Both the position numbers and the translations under genes were made by a program. The notes beneath the pieces are model-generated. The model was not told the origin of the DNA. It did not search any database and saw only the letters and a program-made list of their open reading frames with translations. A DNA stretch of 63,544 bases, counting the filler. It is 5 parts of 5 records of this genome, joined end to end, with 100 filler letters (N's around TTAATTAATTAA, not from the genome) between each part and the next. Parts side by side here need not be neighbours in the genome. Positions count along the whole stretch, not along the records: positions 35,489 to 63,544 come from SRR31156797_3878; 4 more parts are not named here. One strand, given 5' to 3'. Of the stretch, positions 39,850 to 51,100 are shown one piece after another (positions within the stretch are counted from its first letter, which is position 1; each line of letters opens with the position of its first letter).

Positions 39850-40986
39850 ATGCTATTTAAACAAGTTGTAGGACAACAGGATATAAAGTCCAGATTGGTA
39901 CGTATGGTGGATGATAACCGGGTAAGTCATTCTTTACTTTTTACCGGTCCCGAAGGAAATGGAAAGCTAGCCATGGCCATTGCATTTGCACAATACTTAA
40001 ACTGTTTAGTACCAAGCAATGGAGATTCTTGCGGAGAATGTTCTTCCTGCAAAAAGTATAACAAATTGGTTCATCCCGATTTGCACTTTGTTTTCCCGGT
40101 TATAAAAAGTAATTCAACAACCAGCCCCGTAAGTGATAACTTTATTGCTGAATGGCGAGCTTTGGTTAATGAAACATCATACTTTACTTTAACGAACTGG
40201 CTTAATTGTATTCGTAAAGAAGGAGAAAATAAGCAAGGAGCTATTTTTACTTCTGAGAGTTCTGAAATCATCAAAAAACTAAGCCTTAAAACTTTTGAGG
40301 GAAAGTATAAGGTGATGATTATATGGATGCCGGAAAAGATGAATGAGTCTACGGCCAATAAACTGCTTAAAATTCTGGAAGAACCATCCGGAAATACGGT
40401 TTTTATTTTAGTCTCGAACCAACCCGATGAAATGATTTCTACCATTTTATCGCGTACACAGCAGTTAAAATTACCAAGCTATTCACAAGATGAAATTCAA
40501 CAATATCTATTGGATACTTTTGAGGTTAGCCAGGAGGATGCGGCTGGAGCAGCAAAGGTAGCCAATGGAAACCTGATACGTGGCGTAGAACAAGTGGAGC
40601 AGAGCGAAGAAAATAAATTCTTTTTTGAGAGTTTTATTCAGATGATGCGCCATAGTTATGCCCGCAAGGTGGGTGATTTATTAAAGTGGGTGGATGAAAT
40701 GAGTACGTACCCTCGCGAAATTCAGCGTAATTTCTTAAATTATGCGATTAATATGATTCGCGAGAATTATATAATGAACTTTAAACAAGCGGATATTGTT
40801 TACCTAACCCCGCAACAATTGGAGTGGAGTAAAAAGTTTTCACCTTTTATTAATGATAAAAATGCCATGCGTATTGCTGATGATTTTGCATTGGCCGATT
40901 CGCATATTGGACAAAATGGGAATAGTAAAATCATTCTGTTCGATCTGGGATTAAAGTTAACCATCTCGATAAAGGAAGGAAACTAA
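39850..40986 (+). CDS. holB: DNA polymerase III delta' subunit
   Basis: HSLLFTGPEGNGK, CGECSSC, HPDLHF, ANKLLKILEEP, TILSR. Confidence 0.93.
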   Translation: MLFKQVVGQQDIKSRLVRMVDDNRVSHSLLFTGPEGNGKLAMAIAFAQYLNCLVPSNGDSCGECSSCKKYNKLVHPDLHFVFPVIKSNSTTSPVSDNFIAEWRALVNETSYFTLTNWLNCIRKEGENKQGAIFTSESSEIIKKLSLKTFEGKYKVMIIWMPEKMNESTANKLLKILEEPSGNTVFILVSNQPDEMISTILSRTQQLKLPSYSQDEIQQYLLDTFEVSQEDAAGAAKVANGNLIRGVEQVEQSEENKFFFESFIQMMRHSYARKVGDLLKWVDEMSTYPREIQRNFLNYAINMIRENYIMNFKQADIVYLTPQQLEWSKKFSPFINDKNAMRIADDFALADSHIGQNGNSKIILFDLGLKLTISIKEGN

Positions 40987-41056
40987 ACAAAAGCATGAAA
41001 TGTCCTGATAGGACAATTAATATATATTCAAGGCATTGCCTTATAAAAAACAAAGA

Positions 41057-42202
41057 ATGGAAGAAGTACAGTCAAAGTGTAGTACTTGTGCCGACAGATG
41101 TGGAAAATTAGATGTGTTTGATTGGTTGGCCGATGTACCAGAGAGTTGTAATGTTTCAGATATAGTTGAAGTACAATTTAAAAATACCCGTAAAAGTTAT
41201 TTTAGAAATAGTAATGGTTTAAGATTAAAAAAAGGTGATGTAGTTGCAGTAGAAGCTTCTCCAGGTCATGATATAGGAACAGTGGCCTGTACTGGTGAAA
41301 TTGCAGTGATGCAAATGAAAAAGAATCGCCTTTCGATCAGGGACTTTGAGTTCAAAAGAGTTTATCGTCATGCTAAGCCGGTTGACTACGAAAAATGGGA
41401 AGAGGCCAAAGCCTTGGAACATGAAACGATGATCAAGAGTCGCCAGATTGCGCTGGATCTTAATCTGAATATGAAAATTGGTGATGTAGAATACCAGGGC
41501 GACAGAACCAAAGCCATTTTCTATTATATTGCTGATGATCGTGTTGACTTTAGACAATTAATTAAAGTATTAGCCGATCGCTTTAAAGTACGTATCGAAA
41601 TGCGTCAGATTGGTGCTCGTCAGGAAGCCGGACGTATTGGAGGTATTGGGCCTTGCGGACGGGAATTATGCTGTTCATCGTGGATTACTAATTTTGTTTC
41701 GGTAACCACCAATGCAGCCCGCTATCAGGAAATTTCTTTAAATCCTCAAAAGTTAGCAGGTCAGTGTGGTAAACTAAAATGCTGCCTGAATTTTGAGTTG
41801 GATGCCTATATCGATGCACAAAAAGATTTTCCAAAAACAGATATTCCACTTGAAACAAAGGATAACACTTACTATCATTTTAAAACAGATATCTTTAAGC
41901 GTATCATGTGGTTTTCTACCGATAAAGATTTTCCTGCTAATTTAGTTGAAGTATCTGTAGATAGGGTTAAGAATGTAATCCGACTAAATAAAAGAGGTAA
42001 AAAGGTTGAGAATTTAGTGGATGATAAAGTGGTAACTAACAGAGCTGTTAAAGAGCTGGATTATCAGAATGTAGTAGGAGAGGATAGTATCTCACGTTTT
42101 GATGACCCTAAAAAGGCCAATACACGTAATCGTAAAAAGCGTAGACGAAAACCTAATAATAGAAATGCGAGGAATAATAATAAAGACAATACCAGTAAAT
42201 AA
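41057..42202 (+). CDS. ricT: PSP1/RicT (YaaT) family Fe-S regulatory protein
   Basis: RVDFRQL, IEMRQIGARQEA, GGIGPCGRELCC, LAGQCGKLKCCL; ATG 41057 preferred. Confidence 0.93.
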   Translation: MEEVQSKCSTCADRCGKLDVFDWLADVPESCNVSDIVEVQFKNTRKSYFRNSNGLRLKKGDVVAVEASPGHDIGTVACTGEIAVMQMKKNRLSIRDFEFKRVYRHAKPVDYEKWEEAKALEHETMIKSRQIALDLNLNMKIGDVEYQGDRTKAIFYYIADDRVDFRQLIKVLADRFKVRIEMRQIGARQEAGRIGGIGPCGRELCCSSWITNFVSVTTNAARYQEISLNPQKLAGQCGKLKCCLNFELDAYIDAQKDFPKTDIPLETKDNTYYHFKTDIFKRIMWFSTDKDFPANLVEVSVDRVKNVIRLNKRGKKVENLVDDKVVTNRAVKELDYQNVVGEDSISRFDDPKKANTRNRKKRRRKPNNRNARNNNKDNTSK

Positions 42203-42668
42203 GCTGCTCATTTCTTTTGTAGTTTTTGTTTTGTTTTTTACTTCCTGTGGATCAGAAGTGATGTACAAACAATCGGTTGAGGTACCTCAAACAGGATGGC
42301 ACAAGGATACAGTGGCTATTTTTAAAAGTGAGGTTACGGATTTGGAAAGTACTTGTCATGTATTGTTACAGGTAAGTAATAATGCGAAATACAGCTATAG
42401 TAACTTATGGTTTTTTGTGGATGCCGTTTCTCCTTCAGGTCATAGACAGCGAGATACCTTAGAATGTTTGATGGCGGATAAAAGAGGAGACTGGTACGGA
42501 GAGAGTAGTATTTTTGATAGAGATACTTACAAAAGTCTTCATCCATATAAAATGAATATTCGTTTTCCTGAAAAAGGAGAATATAAGTACTTTGTTGTAC
42601 AAGGAATGCGAGATACTATTTTAACCGGAATACAATCTGTAGGTATTGAAGTTGTAAAAGCAAAGTAA
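42165..42668 (+). CDS. gldH: Gliding motility lipoprotein GldH
   Basis: Lipobox FTSC; GWHKD, YSYSNLW, DTLEC.MAD..G.WYG, QGMR; follows ricT as usual in Bacteroidota. Start uncertain. Confidence 0.9.
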   Translation: MRGIIIKTIPVNKLLISFVVFVLFFTSCGSEVMYKQSVEVPQTGWHKDTVAIFKSEVTDLESTCHVLLQVSNNAKYSYSNLWFFVDAVSPSGHRQRDTLECLMADKRGDWYGESSIFDRDTYKSLHPYKMNIRFPEKGEYKYFVVQGMRDTILTGIQSVGIEVVKAK

Positions 42669-42685
42669 TTTTAAATAATAAATAT

Positions 42686-42715
42686 AAAGGGTATTTCAGA
42701 TATGAAGTACCCTTT
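42686..42715 (+). terminator. Stem-loop after gldH
   Basis: AAAGGGTATTTCA-GATA-TGAAGTACCCTTT. Confidence 0.6.
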
Positions 42716-42746
42716 CATAGTATAATTGATTTTTGAACGAGAAAAA

Positions 42747-43514
42747 GTGGGTAAGAATAAGTTATTTAAGTTTGCCAAACTAGAAACCTATCCTCATGTG
42801 TTTCAGGCTAAATTCGATGAGACCAACAGGACGGACTTTCATATGAAAGGAAAATGGAAGCAAGAGTTTTTTAAAAATGATAAACCTCTTGTGTTGGAGT
42901 TAGGTTGTGGAAAAGGAGAGTATACCGTAGGTTTGGGAGAATTATATCCTGAAAAGAATTTTATTGGGATGGATATAAAAGGGGCTCGGATTTATACCGG
43001 AGCCACGCAGGCCTTAAATAAAGAAATGAACAACGTAGCTTTTATTAGGGCTAAAATAGAATTGATTACTTCTTTTTTTGAAAAAGGCGAGGTGGATGAA
43101 ATTTGGATTACTTTTCCTGATCCGCAGATGAAGAAAACGCGAAAGCGTTTAACGTCTACTCGTTTTCTCGATTTTTATAGAGAAATACTTAAGCCCAATG
43201 GCATCCTTCATCTAAAAACAGACAGTAACTTTCTGTATACTTACACCGATGCCGTGGTAAAAGAAAACAAACTTCCGGCAGAAATTAATACAAGTGATTT
43301 GTACAATAGTGATGTGGTTGATAAGGTATTATCCATTAAAACATTTTACGAATCGCAGTTTTATGAGCAAGGTATTCCAATTAAATACATCAAATTTCAT
43401 ATACCTCAGGATTTAACATTAGTTGAACCGGATATCGAAATTGAATTTGATGAATATCGAAGTTATAACAGGGGGTCTAAAATGCCGGAACAAAGCAAAC
43501 CAAGCAAAAGTTAA
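42747..43514 (+). CDS. trmB: tRNA (guanine-N7)-methyltransferase
   Basis: [31 protein letters not shown] start at 42747. Confidence 0.96.
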   Translation: MGKNKLFKFAKLETYPHVFQAKFDETNRTDFHMKGKWKQEFFKNDKPLVLELGCGKGEYTVGLGELYPEKNFIGMDIKGARIYTGATQALNKEMNNVAFIRAKIELITSFFEKGEVDEIWITFPDPQMKKTRKRLTSTRFLDFYREILKPNGILHLKTDSNFLYTYTDAVVKENKLPAEINTSDLYNSDVVDKVLSIKTFYESQFYEQGIPIKYIKFHIPQDLTLVEPDIEIEFDEYRSYNRGSKMPEQSKPSKS

Positions 43515-43522
43515 AAATTTAA

Positions 43523-43852
43523 GTGGAAGCCGATTTCTTTGAGCAGGTATATAAGGTTGTCATTGAAATACCCAAAGGCAGAGTTACATCATATGGTGCA
43601 ATTGCTAAATACCTGGGTGTGGCAAAAGCCAGTCGAATGGTAGGATGGGCATTGAATAAATGTTCATCGTACCATACTTATGTTCCGGCTCACAGGGTAT
43701 TAAATCGCAATGGATTGTTAACTGGAAAAGCGGCTTTCCCTGGCGAAAATACCATGCAGGAGTTGCTCGAAAACGAAGGAGTAAAGGTGGTCAATAATCA
43801 GGTTGTTGATTTTAAAACCCTGTTTTGGGATCCATTTGAATTGGATTTATAG
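43523..43852 (+). CDS. Alkyltransferase-like (MGMT family) protein
   Basis: IPKGRVTSYGAIA, RMVGWAL, VPAHRV (Ala in place of the catalytic Cys of PCHRV). Confidence 0.92.
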   Translation: MEADFFEQVYKVVIEIPKGRVTSYGAIAKYLGVAKASRMVGWALNKCSSYHTYVPAHRVLNRNGLLTGKAAFPGENTMQELLENEGVKVVNNQVVDFKTLFWDPFELDL

Positions 43853-44090
43853 TCGGTTATGCTTTATAAATAACTCTTGAAAAATCTAATAATGATTTCC
43901 TCTCTTTGACATTTAATTTTAAGGGATGCGTATCGCTTATTATTAAAGTTGTATATTTGCTATTATTTTTAATAAATTTAAATAAAAGCAAGGTTGGCAT
44001 ATTCCTATCTCAATCCAACCTGAATTTCTGATTTCTAATAATATTGAACTCAGACTTATTACGATTGTTAAATATTAAACAGATTTTTAG

Positions 44091-45200
44091 ATGAGTTTTT
44101 ATCCTCAGCTGGTTATCGATGCATTAAAGCATGTTCGTCACCCGGGAAAAGGAAAGGATATTGTATCCTTGGAAATGGTAGAAGACGATATAAAAATAGA
44201 TGGAAAAAGAATAAGTTTTAGCTTACTTTTTGATCGACCGAACGACCCCATGATTCCTTCGCTAAAGAAGGCATGTGTGCAGGCGATTAAAACATATGTT
44301 GGCGAAGATGCAGAGATTGAGGGAAATATTTATGTGAAAATTAAGCCAAGAGCTAAGGCAGAACCTGTGAGGCTTTTACCGGAGGTTAAAAACGTAATAG
44401 CGGTGGCTTCTGGAAAAGGAGGCGTTGGAAAATCAACAGTGACTTCAAATTTAGCTGTCGCTCTTGCAAAAGCAGGTTATGCTGTTGGTTTGCTCGATGC
44501 TGATATATTTGGTCCATCTGTACCTAAAATGTTTAAAACTGAAGAAGCTCGTCCATTATTGGAGAAGGTAGAAGGAAAGGACAGGATTATTCCGGTTGAG
44601 AAGTACGGTGTTAAGATGTTGTCAATTGGTTATTTTGTTAATCCGAAGGATGCAACTATTTGGAGGGGAGCCATGGCAACCAATGCGATAAAGCAATTGA
44701 TAACCGAAGGGAATTGGGGTGCACTGGATTATTTATTAATTGATTTACCTCCGGGAACCAGCGATATTCATCTAACGCTTGTGCAAACTCTTTCGATAAG
44801 TGGAGCTGTTATTGTAACTACCCCACAAGATGTAGCTTTAGCCGATGCCATTAAAGGAGTTAGTATGTTCCGAAGTAAGAATATCAATGTGCCTATTCTA
44901 GGTTTAGTTGAAAATATGGCCTGGTTTACGCCAGCTGAGCTTCCGGACAATAAATACTATATTTTTGGATGCGATGGAGGTAAAAAATTAGCAGAAAAAC
45001 TGGAGGTGCCTTTGTTAGGTCAGATTCCAATTGTTCAAAGTATTAGAGAAGGTGGAGATCAGGGAGAGCCTGCTGCATTAAGTGATGAAACCCTTACCGG
45101 AACAGCTTTTGCGGAACTGGCATCTAAAGTTGTAGATACCTTGCAAACAAGAAATAATAATCTACCACCAACAAAAATAGTTGAAATTAAAAACCGTTAA
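44091..45200 (+). CDS. mrp: Mrp/NBP35 (ApbC) Fe-S cluster carrier ATPase
   Basis: SGKGGVGKST, DADIFGPS, DLPPGT, VTTPQ, VENM; TATATTTG promoter element at 43952. Confidence 0.95.
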   Translation: MSFYPQLVIDALKHVRHPGKGKDIVSLEMVEDDIKIDGKRISFSLLFDRPNDPMIPSLKKACVQAIKTYVGEDAEIEGNIYVKIKPRAKAEPVRLLPEVKNVIAVASGKGGVGKSTVTSNLAVALAKAGYAVGLLDADIFGPSVPKMFKTEEARPLLEKVEGKDRIIPVEKYGVKMLSIGYFVNPKDATIWRGAMATNAIKQLITEGNWGALDYLLIDLPPGTSDIHLTLVQTLSISGAVIVTTPQDVALADAIKGVSMFRSKNINVPILGLVENMAWFTPAELPDNKYYIFGCDGGKKLAEKLEVPLLGQIPIVQSIREGGDQGEPAALSDETLTGTAFAELASKVVDTLQTRNNNLPPTKIVEIKNR

Positions 45201-45202
45201 TT

Positions 45203-45445
45203 ATGGAAAATAATAATCACTTTAATTTGATTGAAACGGCTCTTGAAGAAATTCGACCTTATTTAAAAGCCGATGGAGGAGACATTTCACTGGTGGAAGT
45301 TTCAGATGATTTGGTAGTAAAGGTTGAATTAATGGGTTCTTGTGTAAGCTGCCCAATGAGCTATCAAACCATGAAAAATGGAATTGAACAGGTGATTAGA
45401 AAGGCTGTTCCTGAAGTAAAGGAAGTACTGGCCGTTAATGGTTAA
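45203..45445 (+). CDS. NifU/NfuA C-terminal domain protein
   Basis: IRPYLKADGGDI, GSCVSCPMS. Confidence 0.95.
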   Translation: MENNNHFNLIETALEEIRPYLKADGGDISLVEVSDDLVVKVELMGSCVSCPMSYQTMKNGIEQVIRKAVPEVKEVLAVNG

Positions 45446-45512
45446 TTAAGATATTTTGATATTCAAAGAAAGTCGATAGTAATGTCGGCTTTTTCTTTTT
45501 TATAAAGGTTAT

Positions 45513-46214
45513 ATGTCAGAAATGAAGTATAAATGCATTGGTTTTGATGCAGATGATACGCTTTGGGAAAACGAAAATTACTTTCGCGAAACAGAGCAAC
45601 AGTTTGCCCAATTGGTAAAACCGTTTTGTAAAAAAAACGCTGCAATTGAATCTTTACTGAATATTGAGATTGATAACCTAAAAGATTACGGTTATGGAGT
45701 AAAGGGTTTTGTACTTTCCATGATTGAAGCTGCTATAAACGTGAGTGAAGGAAAGGTTTCTAATGAAGTGATATTGGAAATTATTGAGTTAGGTAAAGCT
45801 TTTTTGAATAAATCTGTCGTTTTATTGGATGGCATAGAAACGGTTTTAGAAGAACTTTACAACAAAGGTTATTTGTTGATTATGGCCACCAAAGGCGATT
45901 TATTGGATCAGGAAAGAAAGTTAGCCAAGTCCGGATTGAGTAAATATTTTCATCATATTGAGGTGATGAGCGACAAGAAAGAGGAGAATTACGAAAAACT
46001 GTTGTGTCATCTCGAAATTGAATCCCGTGATTTTTTAATGGTCGGTAATTCATTGAAGTCAGATATTTTGCCAGTGGTGAATTTAGGCGGCTCTGCGGTT
46101 CATATACCTTACCATACCACATGGGTTCACGAACATGTGGAATTAGATAAAAGCATCACAAACTATTGGGAATTAAAAAATGTTTCCCAACTAATTGCTC
46201 ACCTACAATTATAA
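45513..46214 (+). CDS. HAD-family hydrolase
   Basis: FDADDTLW, ATKGD, MVGNSLKSDI. Confidence 0.93.
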   Translation: MSEMKYKCIGFDADDTLWENENYFRETEQQFAQLVKPFCKKNAAIESLLNIEIDNLKDYGYGVKGFVLSMIEAAINVSEGKVSNEVILEIIELGKAFLNKSVVLLDGIETVLEELYNKGYLLIMATKGDLLDQERKLAKSGLSKYFHHIEVMSDKKEENYEKLLCHLEIESRDFLMVGNSLKSDILPVVNLGGSAVHIPYHTTWVHEHVELDKSITNYWELKNVSQLIAHLQL

Positions 46215-46304
46215 AATAGAATTTGTCTTATTGATTTCCGAATAGATTTTTTAAGAAAGAAGTATTAACTTGAAGACTATCAGGATTACTTTAAAAAAGA
46301 AATT

Positions 46305-46541
46305 ATGGAACCAATAATTGCAAAAAAAGGACCGTATGAGGTTAATTTAAAAGAAGGAGATAAGGTGTATTGGTGTGCTTGTGGCAGAAGTTCAAACCAA
46401 CCTTTTTGTGATGGATCACACAAGGGAACTGAATTTACACCTGTTGAATTTTCGGTGCCGAGTGATGGTAAATACTTTTTTTGTGGATGTAAAAGAACAG
46501 GTAATAAACCATTGTGCGATGGAACGCATAATAAATTATAG
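46305..46541 (+). CDS. Tandem CDGSH [2Fe-2S] domain protein
   Basis: [15 protein letters not shown] and [14 protein letters not shown]. Confidence 0.96.
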   Translation: MEPIIAKKGPYEVNLKEGDKVYWCACGRSSNQPFCDGSHKGTEFTPVEFSVPSDGKYFFCGCKRTGNKPLCDGTHNKL

Positions 46542-46576
46542 AGGAGTGAGGCTGTAGATATTAAACTGCAGCCATT

Positions 46577-47929
46577 CTATTTTTCTATATCACTTTCTTT
46601 TTCTCTTTTAATCATATTGTAAATGGTGGATTTTCCAATATCCAGTTTTTTGGCCACCTTAAGAACATTATTATCGTACTGACGAAGGTAGTGTCTGATA
46701 ATTCTTTCGGTATATTCTTTTAGTGTCATCTCCTCGGCAAGAATATCCAGTTCCGTATTTGAAGAGTTAAAAAGAATATTTTCTTCATCTATTTTTTGAT
46801 TGCCTGCCATCACGGCACTCAATTCGATAATTGCTTTTAGTTCGCGTACATTTCCGGGGAAAGCATAGCCCAATAGTTTCTTTTTAGCCCTGGACGTAAA
46901 AGTCATTGGCTCAAGTTTATTGTCTTCACAAAAACTATTTAAAAAGAACTGGCTTAAAGTGATAATATCGTTTTGCCTGTCTTTTAATGGTGGTAAATGA
47001 ATGGGCAGACCTAGTAATCTATAATAAAGATCTTCTCTGAAATTACCCTTTTTTACTTCATCCATTAAATCTTTATTGGTAGCTGTAATTATTCGGGTAT
47101 TTACTTTAATTACCTCATTACTACCAACACGTGTTATTTCTCTTTCCTGCAGTACGCGCAATAATTTTACCTGCAGGTTAATATCCATTTCGCCAATTTC
47201 ATCCAGAAAGATGGTGCCACCCTCTGCTTCTTCAAATTTTCCTTTTTTAGTTAAGATGGCTCCTGTAAAGGCTCCTTTTTCATGACCGAACAACTCGCTT
47301 TCTATTAAATCGCGTGGAATTGCTCCCATGTTCACTGCAATAAAAGGTTTTGACTTGCGGACAGAGTTGTAATGAATGGTTTTGGCTACAAGTTCTTTAC
47401 CAGTTCCGGTATCTCCATAGATAGAAACATTGATGTTGGGAACTTTAACCGCTTTTTCCAGCAAAGCAAATACTTCCCGCATAACCGGACTGTCGCCAAT
47501 AATGGCATTTCCAAAATTATATTTATGGGCAATTTCACTTTTTAAGTGAGAGATTTCATCCAGTAACTGTTTTTTGTTTTTTATGTTGTTAACGCTATTT
47601 AAAAGACGATCTTTAATATTCTCATCTTTGGTAATATAGTCGTAAGCACCTTCTTTTAGTAAATTAACGGCTGTAGTAATACTATCCTGACCAGAAATAA
47701 CAATGACATCAATATCTGGATTATACTTTTTTATTTGTCTTAATACTTCATCACCAGTGTAATCAGGTAGGCCTAAATCTAATGTTACCAAATCCGGGCC
47801 GTCAGGTAATTGCTTAAGGAAAGATTCTCCATCAAAAAAAGTATCAATTTCAAAGTCGGGATTTAACGACAATGAATGTTCAATTAGTTTATTAAAAACC
47901 CGGTCGTCTTCTACTACATGAATTTTCAT
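46577..47929 (-). CDS. Sigma-54-dependent response regulator (NtrC family)
   Basis: Receiver (VVEDD, LDLGLP), GDTGTGKE, GAFTGA, FLDEIGE, PGNVREL, Fis-type HTH. Confidence 0.96.
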   Translation of the reverse strand: MKIHVVEDDRVFNKLIEHSLSLNPDFEIDTFFDGESFLKQLPDGPDLVTLDLGLPDYTGDEVLRQIKKYNPDIDVIVISGQDSITTAVNLLKEGAYDYITKDENIKDRLLNSVNNIKNKKQLLDEISHLKSEIAHKYNFGNAIIGDSPVMREVFALLEKAVKVPNINVSIYGDTGTGKELVAKTIHYNSVRKSKPFIAVNMGAIPRDLIESELFGHEKGAFTGAILTKKGKFEEAEGGTIFLDEIGEMDINLQVKLLRVLQEREITRVGSNEVIKVNTRIITATNKDLMDEVKKGNFREDLYYRLLGLPIHLPPLKDRQNDIITLSQFFLNSFCEDNKLEPMTFTSRAKKKLLGYAFPGNVRELKAIIELSAVMAGNQKIDEENILFNSSNTELDILAEEMTLKEYTERIIRHYLRQYDNNVLKVAKKLDIGKSTIYNMIKREKESDIEK

Positions 47930-48128
47930 TAATAGCTAACTTTTTGTGATAATTCAGATATATTTGCTTTTTGTTATCAAGATCAGGTCGTATAGAGCAG
48001 CCTTCTCCCAAAAGATGGTACAATATATAAAATTGTTTGAGGGCAGTAGGTATTTTTACAGGATTGATATAATATTTTTGTTTAAAGATAGTTTTAATTG
48101 TGATGGTGGCCTGCCTAAAAATTGTACA

Positions 48129-51100
48129 ATGAATTTTAAAAAAACATATTTTCTGATATTGCTGATAGTTATGTGGGGGTGTTCTACTAAAAGAAATACT
48201 CGTTTAAGCAGAGGATATCATAACCTGACTGCTCACTATAATGTCTTTTTTAATGGGAATGAGAGTTTTAAAGAAGGGACTAAAGCAATTGAGGATGGAA
48301 ATAAAGATGATTATTCGCAGGTGCTGGCTGTGTTTCCTGAATCCAAAGAAGGCAGTGAGCAAATGGCTTCAAGTCAGATGGACAGGGCAATTGAAAAGGG
48401 AACTAAGTTAATTAAAAAGCACTCTATTCGAAAAAAGCCAGAAAAAAGGAGGGATGATCAGTCGATAAAATACAAAAAGTTCTTAAGCCAGAATGAATTC
48501 AATAAATGGGTGGACAATGCTTATCTCTTGATTGGTAAAAGTCAATTTTATAAAAAAGAATATTACCAGGCGCAGCAAACTTTTGCTTATATGTTCAGAG
48601 AGTTTCAGACAGGTCCGGAATGGTATGAAGCTGAAATTTGGAATGCAAGAACTGCTTTGGAATTGAATGATTTTGCACTAGCTAAAATTCTATTGGAGGA
48701 GTACGATCTGGAAGGAAAAGCTCCATCCAGTCTTTTTGGCCTATTTGCTGCAACTTATGCTGACTTCTATATTCGTCAGGAAATGTATGAAAAAGCTATT
48801 CCACTTATGAAAGAAGCTGTGGAAGGAGCCTGGTCCAAATACTACAGAAGAAGGTTTAACTTTATTCTGGCACAACTCTATCATAAACAAGGCGAATATG
48901 TAAATGCTGTCAAAGCATACGAGGCGGTCATCAAATCTAATCCTCCGTACGAAATGGCATTTAATGCTAAAGTAAACAGAGCAGGAATTTTGTTTGAAGA
49001 GGGTGGTTTGGAAGCTGTAAAAAAAGAGATTCGTAAGTTGTTGCGCGATAAGCGAAATATGGATTACGAAGATCAAATTTATTATGCTTTAGCGATGGCT
49101 TATAAAGCCGAAGAACAAGAAGATCTTGCGATGGATAACTTTCTTTTATCTATTGAGACAAGCCAGAATAACAATCACCAGAAAGGATTGTCTTATTTTG
49201 AAATTTCAGAAATCTACTACGACAAACCTTCTTATAAGCCGGCTTTTTATTATTTAGATACGGCTGTCGTAAATCTGAATGAAACCTATCCGGGATTGGA
49301 TAGAATTAAGGAGAGGCATGGTAGTTTATCAGACCTGGTGGATAACATCAACCAGGTGGAGATTCAGGATAGTTTAATAATGGTGGCATCTATGCCTGAG
49401 CAACAAAAGCTGGCTTTTATCGATCAACTTATCGAACAGGAAAAGATTCGTCAGGAAGAAGAGAAAAAGAGCCAGGAAGAAGAGCAGAGCGGTAATTCTT
49501 TTTACGATCCATCGGTTACTCAGGCGATAAATCAACAAAATAATACAGGGAACTGGTATTTCTATAACCCTACTTCAGTAGGAATGGGTAAAATGGAATT
49601 CGAGAAACGTTGGGGAAGCAGAAAGCTTGAGGATAACTGGCGTAGAGCTAATAAGCAGGTGGTTATTGAGGAACCTAAGGATATTTCCAATCCGGATGAC
49701 GTTTTTGGAGAAGATTTGCCGGGAAGTGATTCAATTGCAAACGAGGCCATACAACAGGCTATTGATAAGGAAAAAGCTAATGACCCATTGCAACGCGAAG
49801 CCTATTTAAAGAATTTACCAACGTCGCCTGAAGATATAATTGTTGCCAATAAAAAGATTCAGGATGGATTGTTAAATCAGGGACTGATTTATAAAGATGA
49901 ATTGTTAGATATTCCAAACGCAATTAAAGCTTTTGATGAACTAAGAACACGTTATCCTGATGGATATTACAAAGAAGATGCATTGATGAATCTTTATTTG
50001 TGTTATGAGGTTCAGGGAGATGCTGTGGGGATGGCCAATATTAAAAATCAGCTGATTAAAGAATTTCCAGAAGGAGAATTTACGGCTTTCTTGAATGATC
50101 CTGATTACTTTAAGAAAAGAGATGCTCGTAATAAGCAGTTGGAAGAATTGTATCAGCAAAGTTATACCGATTATTTGTTTAATGAATTTGCAACGCCTTT
50201 AGCCAATCTTGAAAAAGCAGAAAAATTAGATAGTGAGAATGAATTGCTACCTAAGTTTAAATTATTGGCTGCACTTTCCAATGCTAAACTAGGCAACCTA
50301 AAAGGATTTACTGGTGAGCTGACAGAAATAAAGGATAATTTTCCGAATAGTGAAGTTACGCCTTTAGCCATTGAAATGCTGAAGTTGTATACAGAAGGCA
50401 GAACTCCGGTTAAAGGAGCTGTAAGTTCAAATCTGGTGGCCAGAAGAAATGATGCTTTCGCTGAAGAGCAAAAAGCGATTGGTAACACAGGCTTGGCCGA
50501 GGATATAGCTACAGCCTACGAAGTGAATCATAAAGCACCACACGGTCTGATTTTGTTGGTAAACCCAGAAGCAGATCTTAACAGGTTGAAGTTTAATATT
50601 GCTGATTATAACTTTTCTAAGTTCTTGCTCAACGATTATGAAATGGGACAGAAAAAACTTCCGGATGGAGCACCTGTCTTTACTGTATCTGGCTTTAACA
50701 ACAGATTAGAGGCGTTGGATTATTTCTACTCTATAAGAGAGAGAAATGAGATTTTTGATGTTGATGAGCTAAAGGACAAAAAGTTATACGTAATCCATGA
50801 CAAAAACTTGGAGTATTTGATTTCTTCCGGAGATAAGGATGGATACGATGTGTTTTTTGCTGAAAACTATTTATCAGCAGATGCATTTGAGAATTTAAAA
50901 AGAGAACGTCTGGAAGAGGAAGCTCTAAAGCAAAACACTCAACAGCAGAATGTGCAAGAGATAGCAGTTCCCGAGAATGAAATGACTCAAACTCCAGTTA
51001 CAGAAACAACTCAAGCTAAAGTTGCGGTTGCAAAGGAGAATACAACACCTTCACAAGAAAGCTCTTTTGTTTTTGAAGAAGGAATGCATAAAGCGATTAT

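Noticed and set aside
39850-40986. dnaX and holB in the same window as a clamp-loader cluster
   Set aside because: They are on different contigs with different composition and likely different phyla.
43523-43852. MGMT lacking the catalytic Cys
   Set aside because: Known alkyltransferase-like class; not novel.
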